Source: an uncultured Acidimicrobiaceae bacterium (GTDB lineage: Bacteria > Actinomycetota > Acidimicrobiia > Spongiisociales > UBA5794). Taken from it: a DNA stretch of 64,000 bases. The DNA lies in assembly GCA_947258375.1 (NCBI GenBank), contig CAMYIJ010000010.1, positions 39,314 to 103,313 of the forward strand, in the 5' to 3' direction. Position numbers and translations under genes: made by a program. The notes under the pieces were generated by a model. It was not told where the DNA came from and did not search any database. It saw only the letters and a program-made list of their open reading frames with translations. Below are positions 29,050 to 37,953 of the stretch, one piece after another; position 1 is the first letter of the stretch, and the number at the start of each line of letters is the position of its first letter.

Positions 29050-29915
29050 TGCCAGGTTGGGATATATTAACAGGCGGCCTGGGAAGTGTTCTCAACTTCT
29101 TCTATTCGATAGTCCCTGCGGGTCTGGGCTCAGCGCGCTACGGGGTTGCCATCATCATGTTGACGCTTGCCGTCAGCCTGCTGATGTTCCCGCTGACCGT
29201 GAAGCAGACCCGGTCGATGAAGGCGATGCAGGAAATTCAGCCGGAGGTCAAGAAGCTCCAGAAGGAGTACAAGGAAGATCGCCAGGAGCTGAACGCCAAG
29301 CTGATGGAGCTCTACCAGGAGCGTGGTGTAAACCCGGCTGCCGGCTGTCTGCCAATGATCGTGCAGATGCCGATCTGGTTCGCCTTGTTTACGGTGCTGC
29401 GGGTCTCAGAGGAAGGCCTCCGGTCGGGGAAGCCCATTCCCAACGATCTGGCCAAGGATCTGTTGGCCGGAGACCCCATCTTCCTGGGGATGAATCTGTC
29501 GATCAGGCCAAGCGAGGCGGCGAGCGGGGGCTTCGTTCAACTCATCCCCTACCTGCTCTTGATTCTCGTTGTTGTGGCCGCCGGCTACTACCAGAGCATG
29601 CAGACGATGAGGCGCCGCAAGGACGATCCTGGCACCCAAACCCAACAGCAGCAGAGTATGCAGACGGCGATGCGGTTCCTCCCGGTGCTGTTCGGCGTCT
29701 TCTCCTGGAACTTCCCGACCGGCCTGGTTCTGTACTTCGCAACCTCAAACATCTTCCGTGTTGGTCAGCAGGCGTACACACTGGGCCTGGACAGCGCAGG
29801 ATCCGCGCAAGTCTCAACTGAAGCTTCAGTCGCGGAAGTTGACCCCAAACCGATCTCGAGCGGCCCGTCGCCGAACGCGAGCAAGAAGAAGCGCAACCGG
29901 CGCAGAAGGAAGTAA
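29049..29915 (+). CDS. yidC: membrane protein insertase YidC
   Basis: Short Gram-positive-type YidC: LLMFPLTVKQTRSMKAMQEIQPEVKKLQKEYKED, and CLPMIVQMPIWFALF. Confidence 0.9.
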   Translation: MPGWDILTGGLGSVLNFFYSIVPAGLGSARYGVAIIMLTLAVSLLMFPLTVKQTRSMKAMQEIQPEVKKLQKEYKEDRQELNAKLMELYQERGVNPAAGCLPMIVQMPIWFALFTVLRVSEEGLRSGKPIPNDLAKDLLAGDPIFLGMNLSIRPSEAASGGFVQLIPYLLLILVVVAAGYYQSMQTMRRRKDDPGTQTQQQQSMQTAMRFLPVLFGVFSWNFPTGLVLYFATSNIFRVGQQAYTLGLDSAGSAQVSTEASVAEVDPKPISSGPSPNASKKKRNRRRRK

Positions 29916-29920
29916 CGACA

Positions 29921-30880
29921 ATGGACGAGTGGTTGGAAGCCGAAGGCGAGAGTGTTGAAGCCGCCGTGCAGGCTGCCCTGGAGGCCCTTGGCTTGACATC
30001 GCCCGAGCAGGTGAGTGTCGAAGTTCTCCGCGAACCGAAGAAGGGTTTTCTCGGCCTGGGCTCTCAAATGGCCCTTGTCAAGGTCACGCAGAAGCCGCGC
30101 CGCCGGCGCCGTCGAGGGCGCTCCGGCAAGGGTGACTCTAAGGGCAATTCGGGGGAGGGCGCTCGGAAACCCGAGAAGGTGGCCAACTCCGAACGCTCGG
30201 GAAAGCCCAGCGGTAGCAACGGTTCCGGGCGATCGCGCTCGAACCAGAAGCAGTCTAAGGGTAAGGGTTCCCCCGACAGCCGCGGCACGAAGCCCCGGTC
30301 TTCGAAACAGCGTGAGGGATCGCAGGAACGTCAAACCAGGCCCACCAACAAGCCAAACTCCAAGAGTAAACGCCCGTCGCAGGAGGCAGCCGTGACCGAA
30401 AACAAAGGCCGAGACAACGAGCCGAAGGCGAGCATCGAGGAGCAAGCCACGGTGGCCGTGGAGTTCTTGGAGGGCCTGGTGGGGTCATTTGGCCTCGACG
30501 GCGATGTGACGAGTCGAATTGACGACGAAGTGCTCTACCTCGACATCGACGGGGACACCGAAGCCCTGGTTGGTAATCGTGGCGTGATCCTGCACTCAGT
30601 GTTGGAACTGACCAGGACCGTGATTCAACGTAAGACCTACGGTGCGCCGCGCATGCGCATCGACATCGCCGGCTACGCCGCCAGGCGGCGGGAAGCGTTG
30701 CAGATCTATGCCGGCCGCCTGGCCGAGAAGGTCCTGGCCGACGGCGGTGAAGTTATGCTTGAACCGATGAATCCGGCCGATCGGAAGGTCGTTCATGACG
30801 CCATCGGCGAGATCGATGGCGTGCGCTCCTACTCCGAGGGTGAGGATCCGAACCGCTCAGTCGTGGTCGCTCCCGAGTAG
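29921..30880 (+). CDS. jag: Jag/KhpB RNA-binding protein (Jag_N, KH, R3H)
   Basis: Jag_N N-terminus, long Lys/Arg/Ser-rich linker, C-terminal KH/R3H (DRKVVHDAIGEIDGVRSYSEGEDPNRSVVV). Confidence 0.85.
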   Translation: MDEWLEAEGESVEAAVQAALEALGLTSPEQVSVEVLREPKKGFLGLGSQMALVKVTQKPRRRRRRGRSGKGDSKGNSGEGARKPEKVANSERSGKPSGSNGSGRSRSNQKQSKGKGSPDSRGTKPRSSKQREGSQERQTRPTNKPNSKSKRPSQEAAVTENKGRDNEPKASIEEQATVAVEFLEGLVGSFGLDGDVTSRIDDEVLYLDIDGDTEALVGNRGVILHSVLELTRTVIQRKTYGAPRMRIDIAGYAARRREALQIYAGRLAEKVLADGGEVMLEPMNPADRKVVHDAIGEIDGVRSYSEGEDPNRSVVVAPE

Positions 30881-30900
30881 CGGCTACCCACGACAGGGCG

Positions 30901-30926
30901 AAAAGGGGCCTCAGGGCCCCTTTTCT
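30901..30926 (+). terminator. intrinsic terminator after jag (aaaaggggcc tcag ggcccctttt + T-run), potentially bidirectional
   Basis: GC stem with A-run before and T-run after, 21 nt after the jag stop. Confidence 0.6.
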
Positions 30927-30975
30927 GATTCGTGTGGCAACCCGGGGCGTGTCAGGGGGCCTCGCCAGCCCGGAT

Positions 30976-30991
30976 GCTTCACGTGAAACAT
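30976..30991. promoter_or_regulatory. parS centromere site (GCTTCACGTGAAACAT)
   Basis: One mismatch from the tGTTTCACGTGAAACa consensus. Lies between jag and rsmG, upstream of parAB. Confidence 0.75.
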
Positions 30992-31049
30992 CGGAACAGG
31001 CGGGGCCTGACGCCTTCGATGACCCTGCTACGGCGCTACGATAGCCCGG

Positions 31050-31688
31050 ATGACACCGAACCGTACAGAGGAAGAACCCGTTGATGGGCAACGGGTTCAC
31101 AAGGTCCTCGACTGGCTGCACTACAGCCAAGATCGTCGGGGAGTGCTCGATCTTCTGACTACGTTCCATTCCTGGTTGGCGACCGAGGCGACGGACGCCG
31201 GGGGAATCGGGCCCGGTGAGGCCAACCGGCTGTGGAGCCGACATATTGCCGACTCGCTGACCTTTATGGTGGGCCTACGGCGCCCCAGGGCGGTTGTGGA
31301 CGTGGGTTCGGGTGTAGGTCTGCCGGGGATTCCCCTGGCGATAGCGCTTCCGGAGGTCGGCTTCACCCTTCTCGATCGGTCGGAACGGCGCTGCCACCTG
31401 GCGGAGAGAGCTGTGCGAATACTCGAACTGAGCAACGTCGAGGTTGTCCAGAGGGACTATCAGCGGGTGACACTCCCACACGACACCGCGGTGTCGAGAG
31501 CAGTCGCGACACCCGCAGCCTTCGCCGGTGAGCTCCGCAGGCTCCTGCCGGAAGGAACCTTGGCCGTGCTTGGAGGTTCCTATGGCGTGTCGGATCCGCC
31601 ACGGTCCGGCGACTTCGAGATCCTGCGAGTGCCGCCAGACGTGCTGGGCGAAGCGGCCTGGCTGGCGAAGGTATCGCTATCCCGGTGA
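31050..31688 (+). CDS. rsmG: 16S rRNA (guanine527-N7)-methyltransferase RsmG
   Basis: SAM motif VVDVGSGVGLPGIPLAI and GidB-like length. Exact start uncertain. Confidence 0.85.
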   Translation: MTPNRTEEEPVDGQRVHKVLDWLHYSQDRRGVLDLLTTFHSWLATEATDAGGIGPGEANRLWSRHIADSLTFMVGLRRPRAVVDVGSGVGLPGIPLAIALPEVGFTLLDRSERRCHLAERAVRILELSNVEVVQRDYQRVTLPHDTAVSRAVATPAAFAGELRRLLPEGTLAVLGGSYGVSDPPRSGDFEILRVPPDVLGEAAWLAKVSLSR

Positions 31689-31707
31689 GGGTGGCTATGC
31701 TCTCGGC

Positions 31708-32523
31708 ATGACTTCTGCTGAGAGTTCTTCCGCCGACGTAGCCGCGGCCGGGACGGCCACCGTTACCGCCATCGCCAACCAGAAGGGTGGTGTCGGCAAG
31801 TCGACGACGACCATCAATCTGGGCGCATCCCTTGCCATGCAAGGGGACAGGGTTCTTCTCGTTGACCTCGATCCCCAGGGAAACACCTCCTCGGGACTCG
31901 GTATCGACCGCACAACCATCGATCGGTCCACCTACGATCTCCTGATCGAAGACACCGCCATTGAGGACGTGGTAGAGCCCACCAGCGTGCGCGACCTGTT
32001 CCTTGTTCCGGCAACTATCGAGTTGGCAGGCGCCGAAATAGAGCTGGTTTCACTGTTCTCGCGAGAGATGCGTTTGGCCAATGCGCTCAAAGAGGCCCGG
32101 GAGGACTATGACGTGATCCTCATCGACTGCCCACCGTCGTTGGGTCTGCTGACCGTCAACGGGTTAGCCGCGGCCGACGAGGTGATGATCCCAATCCAGT
32201 GCGAGTACTACGCGCTCGAGGGCGTTTCGCAGCTGATTCGCAACGTGAAGCTCGTGCAGCAGAACCTAAACCCTCAGCTTGAAGTTGAAGGCGTGGTTCT
32301 GACGATGTATGACGGGAGGACGACATTGTCCTCTGACGTCGTCGAGCAGGTGCGGGAGCACTTCGGCGAGACCACCTACCGAACTGTCGTCCCGCGGACA
32401 GTTCGCTTGTCCGAAGCACCTTCGTACGGTGAACCCATCGAGGCATTCGATCCGATGTCGCGGGGCGCCATTGCCTACCGAGAACTGGCACGAGAATACA
32501 GGAGGCGTCATGGCCGGACGTAA
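31708..32523 (+). CDS. parA: chromosome partitioning ATPase ParA/Soj
   Basis: Deviant Walker A IANQKGGVGKSTT. Start at ATG 31708; the ORF-track extension from 31528 overlaps rsmG. Confidence 0.9.
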   Translation: MTSAESSSADVAAAGTATVTAIANQKGGVGKSTTTINLGASLAMQGDRVLLVDLDPQGNTSSGLGIDRTTIDRSTYDLLIEDTAIEDVVEPTSVRDLFLVPATIELAGAEIELVSLFSREMRLANALKEAREDYDVILIDCPPSLGLLTVNGLAAADEVMIPIQCEYYALEGVSQLIRNVKLVQQNLNPQLEVEGVVLTMYDGRTTLSSDVVEQVREHFGETTYRTVVPRTVRLSEAPSYGEPIEAFDPMSRGAIAYRELAREYRRRHGRT

Positions 32524-33361
32524 AAGCGGGCTCGGGCGAGGTCTCGAGGCACTGATACCGACGACACATCCCTCGGCGGGATACGCCGTCATTCAACTCG
32601 ACAGCGTGTTCCCGAATCCGCAGCAGCCACGGTCCCACTTCGACGATGCCGGACTAGAGGGGATGGCGGCTTCGATCCGCAGCGTTGGCGTGCTGCAGCC
32701 GATCGTTGTCCGCGCCGACGGCGAGAACTACATCCTGGTGGCGGGGGAGCGTCGCTGCCGCGCCGCCCGCCTGGCCGGCCTGACCGAGATTCCAGCCGTC
32801 ATTCGTGAGGGGGACGACGAGTCGAGCCTCACCGAGGCGCTGATCGAGAACGTGCAACGCGAGGAGCTGTCTCCGCTCGAAGAGGCAGCTGCGTACGATC
32901 AGCTTCTGGGAAAATATGCCATGACACATGAGGCCATCGGGCAGGCGGTGGGCAAGAGCCGCAGCGCGGTGACCAATACGATCCGGCTGCTCCAGTTGCC
33001 ACCGGACATCCAGGCGCTGCTCAAGAGCGGCGACTTGAGCGCCGGCCATGCCAGGGCCCTGCTCGGGCTCGAGGACACCGCCTACTCCGTACACATAGCC
33101 AACCGCGCTGTTGCCGACGGCTGGAGTGTGCGCCAGGTTGAAGATGCGGTACGGGCCCGTAACGTGAAACCGGAGCGAGAAGGCAGCTCGATCGGGTCGC
33201 GTACCCCGCGGCCGGCGGCCATCATCGAACTGGAAGAGCGCCTTACCGAACACCTCGCGGCCAATGTCGACATCGCATACGGCCGCAAAGGGGGCCGCAT
33301 CTCGGTGAGGTTCGCCGACCTCGATGATCTCGAGCGGATCTACAAGACGCTCCTGGGTTAG
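32510..33361 (+). CDS. parB: chromosome partitioning protein ParB/Spo0J
   Basis: GLGRGLEALIP N-terminus, ParB box, HTH. ATG 32510 follows AGGAGG and overlaps the parA stop by 14 nt. Confidence 0.9.
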   Translation: MAGRKSGLGRGLEALIPTTHPSAGYAVIQLDSVFPNPQQPRSHFDDAGLEGMAASIRSVGVLQPIVVRADGENYILVAGERRCRAARLAGLTEIPAVIREGDDESSLTEALIENVQREELSPLEEAAAYDQLLGKYAMTHEAIGQAVGKSRSAVTNTIRLLQLPPDIQALLKSGDLSAGHARALLGLEDTAYSVHIANRAVADGWSVRQVEDAVRARNVKPEREGSSIGSRTPRPAAIIELEERLTEHLAANVDIAYGRKGGRISVRFADLDDLERIYKTLLG

Positions 33362-33549
33362 GTGCGGCCCCCCCTTCCGGCAACCGGTGCCATCGTGTTA
33401 TCTGTTGATTCCTTCAGCGTCGGAAGGGTTGCGACGCGTCCGGAAGCGACAGGAGGGCGCTCCTGTGCCGGGCATCCTCCGTGCTGTCCTGCGGGGGCCA
33501 CGCAGCAGCGATCACCGGAACATCTTTCCAGAATTCGCCAGGAGTCCCC

Positions 33550-34512
33550 CTAGTCGCCCGGATCCGCGAAGAGGTTGATGATGCCCTGGGCCGCCTGCCC
33601 TCCGACCTGGGCGCCGAGCGGCTCGACAGCGACGACTATGGCGGGGGAGCGGGTGTTCTTCAGCATCGGGATGGCTCGCCCTGCCGTCGATAGGTGGAGT
33701 TCCTCGGCCACTGCTTTGGCCATGATCTGGCCGGCGTGAGAGTTCGAGTGGGCGGACGCGAAGTAGAAGACCGCGGTTTCCCCCTCATGCGGCAGAGCAA
33801 AGGACACAACGAGATCTGCCCCGAACCGGTTGGCGCGGAGAGCGCGAACCCGCTCCGGCGGCTCGGTGTCGGCGCTGCGTGACATGCCGACGTGAGCCCC
33901 GAGATCCTGGATGATCGAGCCGAAGGTGAGGGCCGCCTCCCACGCGGCATCGCGCTCGTCGGGGCGGCGGCAGAAGGCGTCGACGTACACCCGTTGGCCG
34001 GCGACGTAGTGAGGCAACTCCCTGATCCACTGGTGTTCGCGAACGCTGTCACGGCCGTGCTTTTGGGTGGCACGGGCCATCAAGTTCAACTCCTCGGCTG
34101 CCGCTCGCCCCGCCATGCCGTCCTCCGGCATTCGCCGATTCGCCTGAAAGTCGAGGAGAGCGCGTAAGGTATCCGGCCCAAAGATCCCGTCCACCTTGCC
34201 GCTGTCGAACCCGAGAGAGTTGAGGCGCCGCTGCAACTCGGCGACGTCGTCGCCGCGCATCATCGGCACCCGGTGGTAGAGGAGACGATCGCCCAGCGTG
34301 TATCCCGCAGCTACAAGTGATCGCCACGTGTCGGGACCGACGATGCCGTCGGCCGGCAAACCACGGGACTCCTGGAACTGACGCACGGCACGTTCGGTCT
34401 CCTCACCATAGGTTGCCGACTCGTCATCGCCGGAGTCAAAGGAGAGAGCTTTGAGCCTGCCCTGGATATCCCGGACCGGTTCGCCCTCGTCGCCGCGTCG
34501 GTAGAGCCTCAC
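33550..34512 (-). CDS. cwlM: N-acetylmuramoyl-L-alanine amidase CwlM-like (2x PG_binding_1 + Amidase_3)
   Basis: Two peptidoglycan-binding repeats (GIVGPDTWRSL, GIFGPDTLRAL) and an amidase_3 C-domain. Synteny with trxB-trxA as in mycobacteria. Confidence 0.8.
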   Translation of the reverse strand: MRLYRRGDEGEPVRDIQGRLKALSFDSGDDESATYGEETERAVRQFQESRGLPADGIVGPDTWRSLVAAGYTLGDRLLYHRVPMMRGDDVAELQRRLNSLGFDSGKVDGIFGPDTLRALLDFQANRRMPEDGMAGRAAAEELNLMARATQKHGRDSVREHQWIRELPHYVAGQRVYVDAFCRRPDERDAAWEAALTFGSIIQDLGAHVGMSRSADTEPPERVRALRANRFGADLVVSFALPHEGETAVFYFASAHSNSHAGQIMAKAVAEELHLSTAGRAIPMLKNTRSPAIVVAVEPLGAQVGGQAAQGIINLFADPGD

Positions 34513-34573
34513 AAAAACAACGGTAATCGGAGTTCGACCAAATCGGGATCTGAGCCCCGGTCACATCAGGACA

Positions 34574-34610
34574 CATGCCTCGGTCAAATCAGGATTTTGA
34601 CCGAGGCATG
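34574..34610 (-). terminator. perfect 15-bp stem / 7-nt loop hairpin after trxA
   Basis: catgcctcggtcaaa tcaggat tttgaccgaggcatg, 18 nt downstream of the trxA stop. Confidence 0.55.
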
Positions 34611-34627
34611 CTCGGCCGCGCCTGCGC

Positions 34628-34951
34628 TCAGACGAACTCGGAGATGGCTTCCTCGAGTTGAGCCTTGGACTTGGCGCCGACGAGACGGGTCTTCTCGACA
34701 CCGTCCTGGAAGATGATCATTGTGGGGATGCCCATGACTTCGAAGCTCATGGCCGTCTGCTGGTTTTCGTCGACATTCAGCTTGGCGACGGTCAGCTTCC
34801 CCGACTTCTCTCCGGCCAGCTCCTCGAGAGGACCGTTCATCATCTTGCACGGGCCGCACCACTCAGCCCAGAAATCGACGAGGGTCGGAGTGCTGCTCCC
34901 CACGATCTCCGTGAAGTTCTGATCGGTCGCTTCGACTGTGTTGTCACCCAT
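34628..34951 (-). CDS. trxA: thioredoxin
   Basis: WCGPC active site. 107 aa. Confidence 0.9.
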   Translation of the reverse strand: MGDNTVEATDQNFTEIVGSSTPTLVDFWAEWCGPCKMMNGPLEELAGEKSGKLTVAKLNVDENQQTAMSFEVMGIPTMIIFQDGVEKTRLVGAKSKAQLEEAISEFV

Positions 34952-35102
34952 GGAGGCTCCTTCGGTTCTAGTTCAAAACTTGTGCGTTGACGGCTCGGAC
35001 GACCGGCAATCCGGTGTTTCGCGCCGGGTTCTGTGCAATTACCACAAGAGTAAACGAACTCCGGCGCCGGCTCATTCCAATTGGCTGCCGGATTTCGCGG
35101 CG

Positions 35103-36020
35103 CTAACCCTCTTGCTCCTCGAGCCACCTCTCGGCGTCGAGGGCAGCGGCACAGCCCATGCCGGCCGCGGTGATGGCCTGCCGGTACACCTTGTCGACGA
35201 CGTCGCCGCCGGCGAAGACACCCTCGACGGATGTCCTGGTGCCGTCGGCAATCACATAGCCCGCTTCATCGAGGTCGACCTGGCCCTTGAAGATCGCCGT
35301 ATTGGGGTCGTGCCCGATGGCGACGAAGAACCCTTCGGCCGCGATCTCGTGGACTTCGTCCGTCTTGACGTTGCGGAGCTTCACTGCCGTGACCGCGGTA
35401 TCGCCTAGGACCTCTTCGGGAACGGTATCCCAGAGGACTTCGATCTTGTCGTGATCGAGGACACGTTGCGCCATGATCTTCGAAGCGCGGAACTCGTCGC
35501 GGCGATGGACGACGGTGACCTTCGAGGCGAACTTGGTGAGGAACAGGGCTTCCTCCATGGCGCTGTCGCCGCCGCCGATGACCAGTATCTCGCGATCCCG
35601 GAAGAAGAACCCGTCGCACGTTGCACACGCCGACACGCCATAGCCGCGCAGCCGTTCCTCGCCGGGGATCCCCAACCATCGGGCAGAGGCGCCGGTCGAG
35701 ATGATCACGGCATCTGCCTGGTACTCGTCATCATCAACCCATGCCCGGAAGGGCCGCTCCGAGAAATCGACACGGGTGACGTTCGAACTGACCATACGAG
35801 TCCCGAATCGTTCCGCCTGCTTCCGGAATTGCTCCATCAAGTCGGGGCCCATAACACCATCGGGAAATCCGGGGTAGTTCTCGACATCGGTCGTGATCAT
35901 CAACTGGCCGCCCCGCTCGAAGCCTTCGATCATCAACGGCTCGAGATCGGCGCGGGCCGCGTAGATTGCCGCGGTCAGACCCGCCGGGCCCGATCCAATG
36001 ATGAGAACCTTTTCAGCCAT
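35103..36020 (-). CDS. trxB: thioredoxin-disulfide reductase
   Basis: GSGPAG FAD motif, CATC redox centre, [15 protein letters not shown] motif. Confidence 0.92.
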   Translation of the reverse strand: MAEKVLIIGSGPAGLTAAIYAARADLEPLMIEGFERGGQLMITTDVENYPGFPDGVMGPDLMEQFRKQAERFGTRMVSSNVTRVDFSERPFRAWVDDDEYQADAVIISTGASARWLGIPGEERLRGYGVSACATCDGFFFRDREILVIGGGDSAMEEALFLTKFASKVTVVHRRDEFRASKIMAQRVLDHDKIEVLWDTVPEEVLGDTAVTAVKLRNVKTDEVHEIAAEGFFVAIGHDPNTAIFKGQVDLDEAGYVIADGTRTSVEGVFAGGDVVDKVYRQAITAAGMGCAAALDAERWLEEQEG

Positions 36021-36023
36021 TCC

Positions 36024-36332
36024 CTACAGCTCCCTTTGCTCTGTCGCGATCTGATCACCGGGAGCTGGCAACCGCTGGCGCCACAGGAAAATTCCGGCGA
36101 AGACGAATATCGCCCCCAGGATGGCGTAGGCGCCTTCGGTGGTGACCAGGCCGGCGAGAAGCCGGAACAAGGCGACAATCACGAATATCGCCATTACGAG
36201 ACCCAGCAGGGCGACGACCACGCCGACGGCCGTCCAGCGGGCCCATCCGGCGACACGTTCAACGGTTAGTGAGCGGACACGAGTTGCCGCCGCCTCGAGC
36301 AGGTCGGCGATCTTGACAGGGAAATCTTCCAT
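36024..36332 (-). CDS. small two-TM membrane protein, putative holin-X (phage_holin_3_6-like) family
   Basis: 102 aa: amphipathic N-terminus, two hydrophobic helices, charged C-terminus. Confidence 0.5.
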   Translation of the reverse strand: MEDFPVKIADLLEAAATRVRSLTVERVAGWARWTAVGVVVALLGLVMAIFVIVALFRLLAGLVTTEGAYAILGAIFVFAGIFLWRQRLPAPGDQIATEQREL

Positions 36333-36385
36333 ACCCTGAGGTTAGTCAGCCGCGGGTGGCGTTCAGCAGGCTGCCCGGCAGGGAG

Positions 36386-37288
36386 CTACGGCCCGGCTCT
36401 GTCGAGTTCCTCACAGTTGTCGGCGGCGTGGGCGATGAGTGCCGACTCCTCGAGATCTTCGGCGAGGTACACGATCAGGAGCACCTCGCGGCCGTCATAC
36501 TGCGTCCGGGCCAGCTGGAAGCCTTCGAGGAAGTTGTCTTCTGACGTCAGCGTGAGCGCGATGCAAGCTTCCGCGGCCCCGAGGTCCTCCTCGAGGATCG
36601 AATCGCCCGCCATCCTGAGCGCCTCGGATCTGGCGGCGTCCTCCTCGAAGGAGAAGGACGTCATTTCTTCACGGAGCGCTTCGAGGTCGACGTCCTTCAT
36701 GAAGTACGCGAACCGGTCGGAGTCGAGCAAGGGCGGGGCGGTTGTGGTCACAATGGTGGCAGCCGGTGCCGCGGTTGTCGGCGCCGCTGTGGGTGCCTGT
36801 TCGGCATCGGCGACAGCATCGGGGGACGATAGGCCCTCTCGAGCCTCATCCGTGCCGGCACCCAAGGCGGGGGCCGCGGTTGTGGCCGCTGCCGCTTCAG
36901 TGGCGGCGACAACAGACGTTGTGTCGGAACTGCTGTCGGCGCCGCCGATGAGGTTGAGCCCGGGACCCACGAGGACGACGGCGACGAGCACCGCAGCCGC
37001 GGTCCCCAGCGCCGCCAGTGGTAGGCGGCTGCGCGCGGCCGGCGGCCGGGCTTCATGCTTCGTGATACCGAGCTCCCGCCGAAGATCGCGGTGGAGGCGG
37101 GCGGACTCCAACTCGGTGAGGCCGGCTTGCGGCAGTGCCTGCAGCGCCTCGAATCCGGCGATCTGCAGCTCGAGGTCCTGAGCGCACTCCGGGCACGCCT
37201 CGACCTCGGCGCGGGCGGAGGCTTCTGCCGCGGGATCGAGAGAGCCCTCGGCGAGCGCCATGATGAGTTCGTAGTCGTGGTTGTGCAT
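36386..37288 (-). CDS. ZAS-type anti-sigma factor (HxxxCxxC), single TM, extracytoplasmic domain
   Basis: N-terminal H-x3-C-x2-C (MHNHDY...ACPECAQ), central TM helix. Start ATG 2 nt after the sigma-gene stop. Confidence 0.7.
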   Translation of the reverse strand: MHNHDYELIMALAEGSLDPAAEASARAEVEACPECAQDLELQIAGFEALQALPQAGLTELESARLHRDLRRELGITKHEARPPAARSRLPLAALGTAAAVLVAVVLVGPGLNLIGGADSSSDTTSVVAATEAAAATTAAPALGAGTDEAREGLSSPDAVADAEQAPTAAPTTAAPAATIVTTTAPPLLDSDRFAYFMKDVDLEALREEMTSFSFEEDAARSEALRMAGDSILEEDLGAAEACIALTLTSEDNFLEGFQLARTQYDGREVLLIVYLAEDLEESALIAHAADNCEELDRAGP

Positions 37289-37289
37289 T

Positions 37290-37919
37290 TCAGTTGGTTC
37301 CCGGATGGGGATCGTCGGTGGCCCGCAGTGGGCTGGGCTCAGTTTGGCTTTCATCTATGAGATGTCGCGAAGGGTCTCTGTGGTTCCCGAGAATCTCGGC
37401 AAGGAGGCGCCTGCCGCGGTGGACCCGTGACTTGATGGTTCCCGAGGGAACACCGAGCACCTCCGCCGCTTGATCGATGGCCAGCCCCTGGAGATCAACC
37501 AGGATGATGGCACTGCGGAAATCCTGAGGGATCTGTTCGAGGGCGTCCTCGACATCGGGGCGCAGTTCCGCCGCAAGCAATGGATCGCCGGCGCGGGGGT
37601 CGGCCGGATCCATCCCCTCGGGCAGAGCGTCCGCCTGGCGGCGCTTGGTCCGCCGCAGATGGTCGTAGCACGTGTTCACAGTTACCCGGTACAGCCAGGT
37701 GCTGAAGGCGGCTTCCTCCCGGTAACGATCCGCCTTGCGAAAGACCGTGAGAAACGTCTCCTGGGTGACATCGAGGGCGGCTTCGCGATCGCGCAGCATC
37801 CGCAGGCAGATGCCGAAGACCCGGTCCTGATGAGCGCGCATCAGCTCGTCGAAGGCTCCGAGGTCTCCCCGCAGATACCTCCCGATGAGGTCGACGTCTT
37901 CAGCCGCACGGTATGTCAT
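37290..37919 (-). CDS. ECF (sigma-70 family) RNA polymerase sigma factor, SigM-like by synteny
   Basis: Region 2 (FDELMRAHQDRVFGICLRMLRD...TQETFLTVF) and region 4 (DLQGLAIDQAAEVLGVPSGTIKSRVHRGRRLL). Confidence 0.85.
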   Translation of the reverse strand: MTYRAAEDVDLIGRYLRGDLGAFDELMRAHQDRVFGICLRMLRDREAALDVTQETFLTVFRKADRYREEAAFSTWLYRVTVNTCYDHLRRTKRRQADALPEGMDPADPRAGDPLLAAELRPDVEDALEQIPQDFRSAIILVDLQGLAIDQAAEVLGVPSGTIKSRVHRGRRLLAEILGNHRDPSRHLIDESQTEPSPLRATDDPHPGTN

Positions 37920-37953
37920 CTGCCGCTGATTCTGGCGCGTTGGTCACCAACTG

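Noticed and set aside
31528-31707. Long N-terminal extension of parA (ORF from 31528)
   Set aside because: It overlaps rsmG in another frame. The conserved ParA N-terminus begins at ATG 31708.
36742-37056. Overlapping ORFs 36742-36951 (+) and 36748-37056 (-) inside the anti-sigma gene
   Set aside because: These are alternative frames of the Ala/Thr/Pro-rich linker-encoding region, with no independent support.
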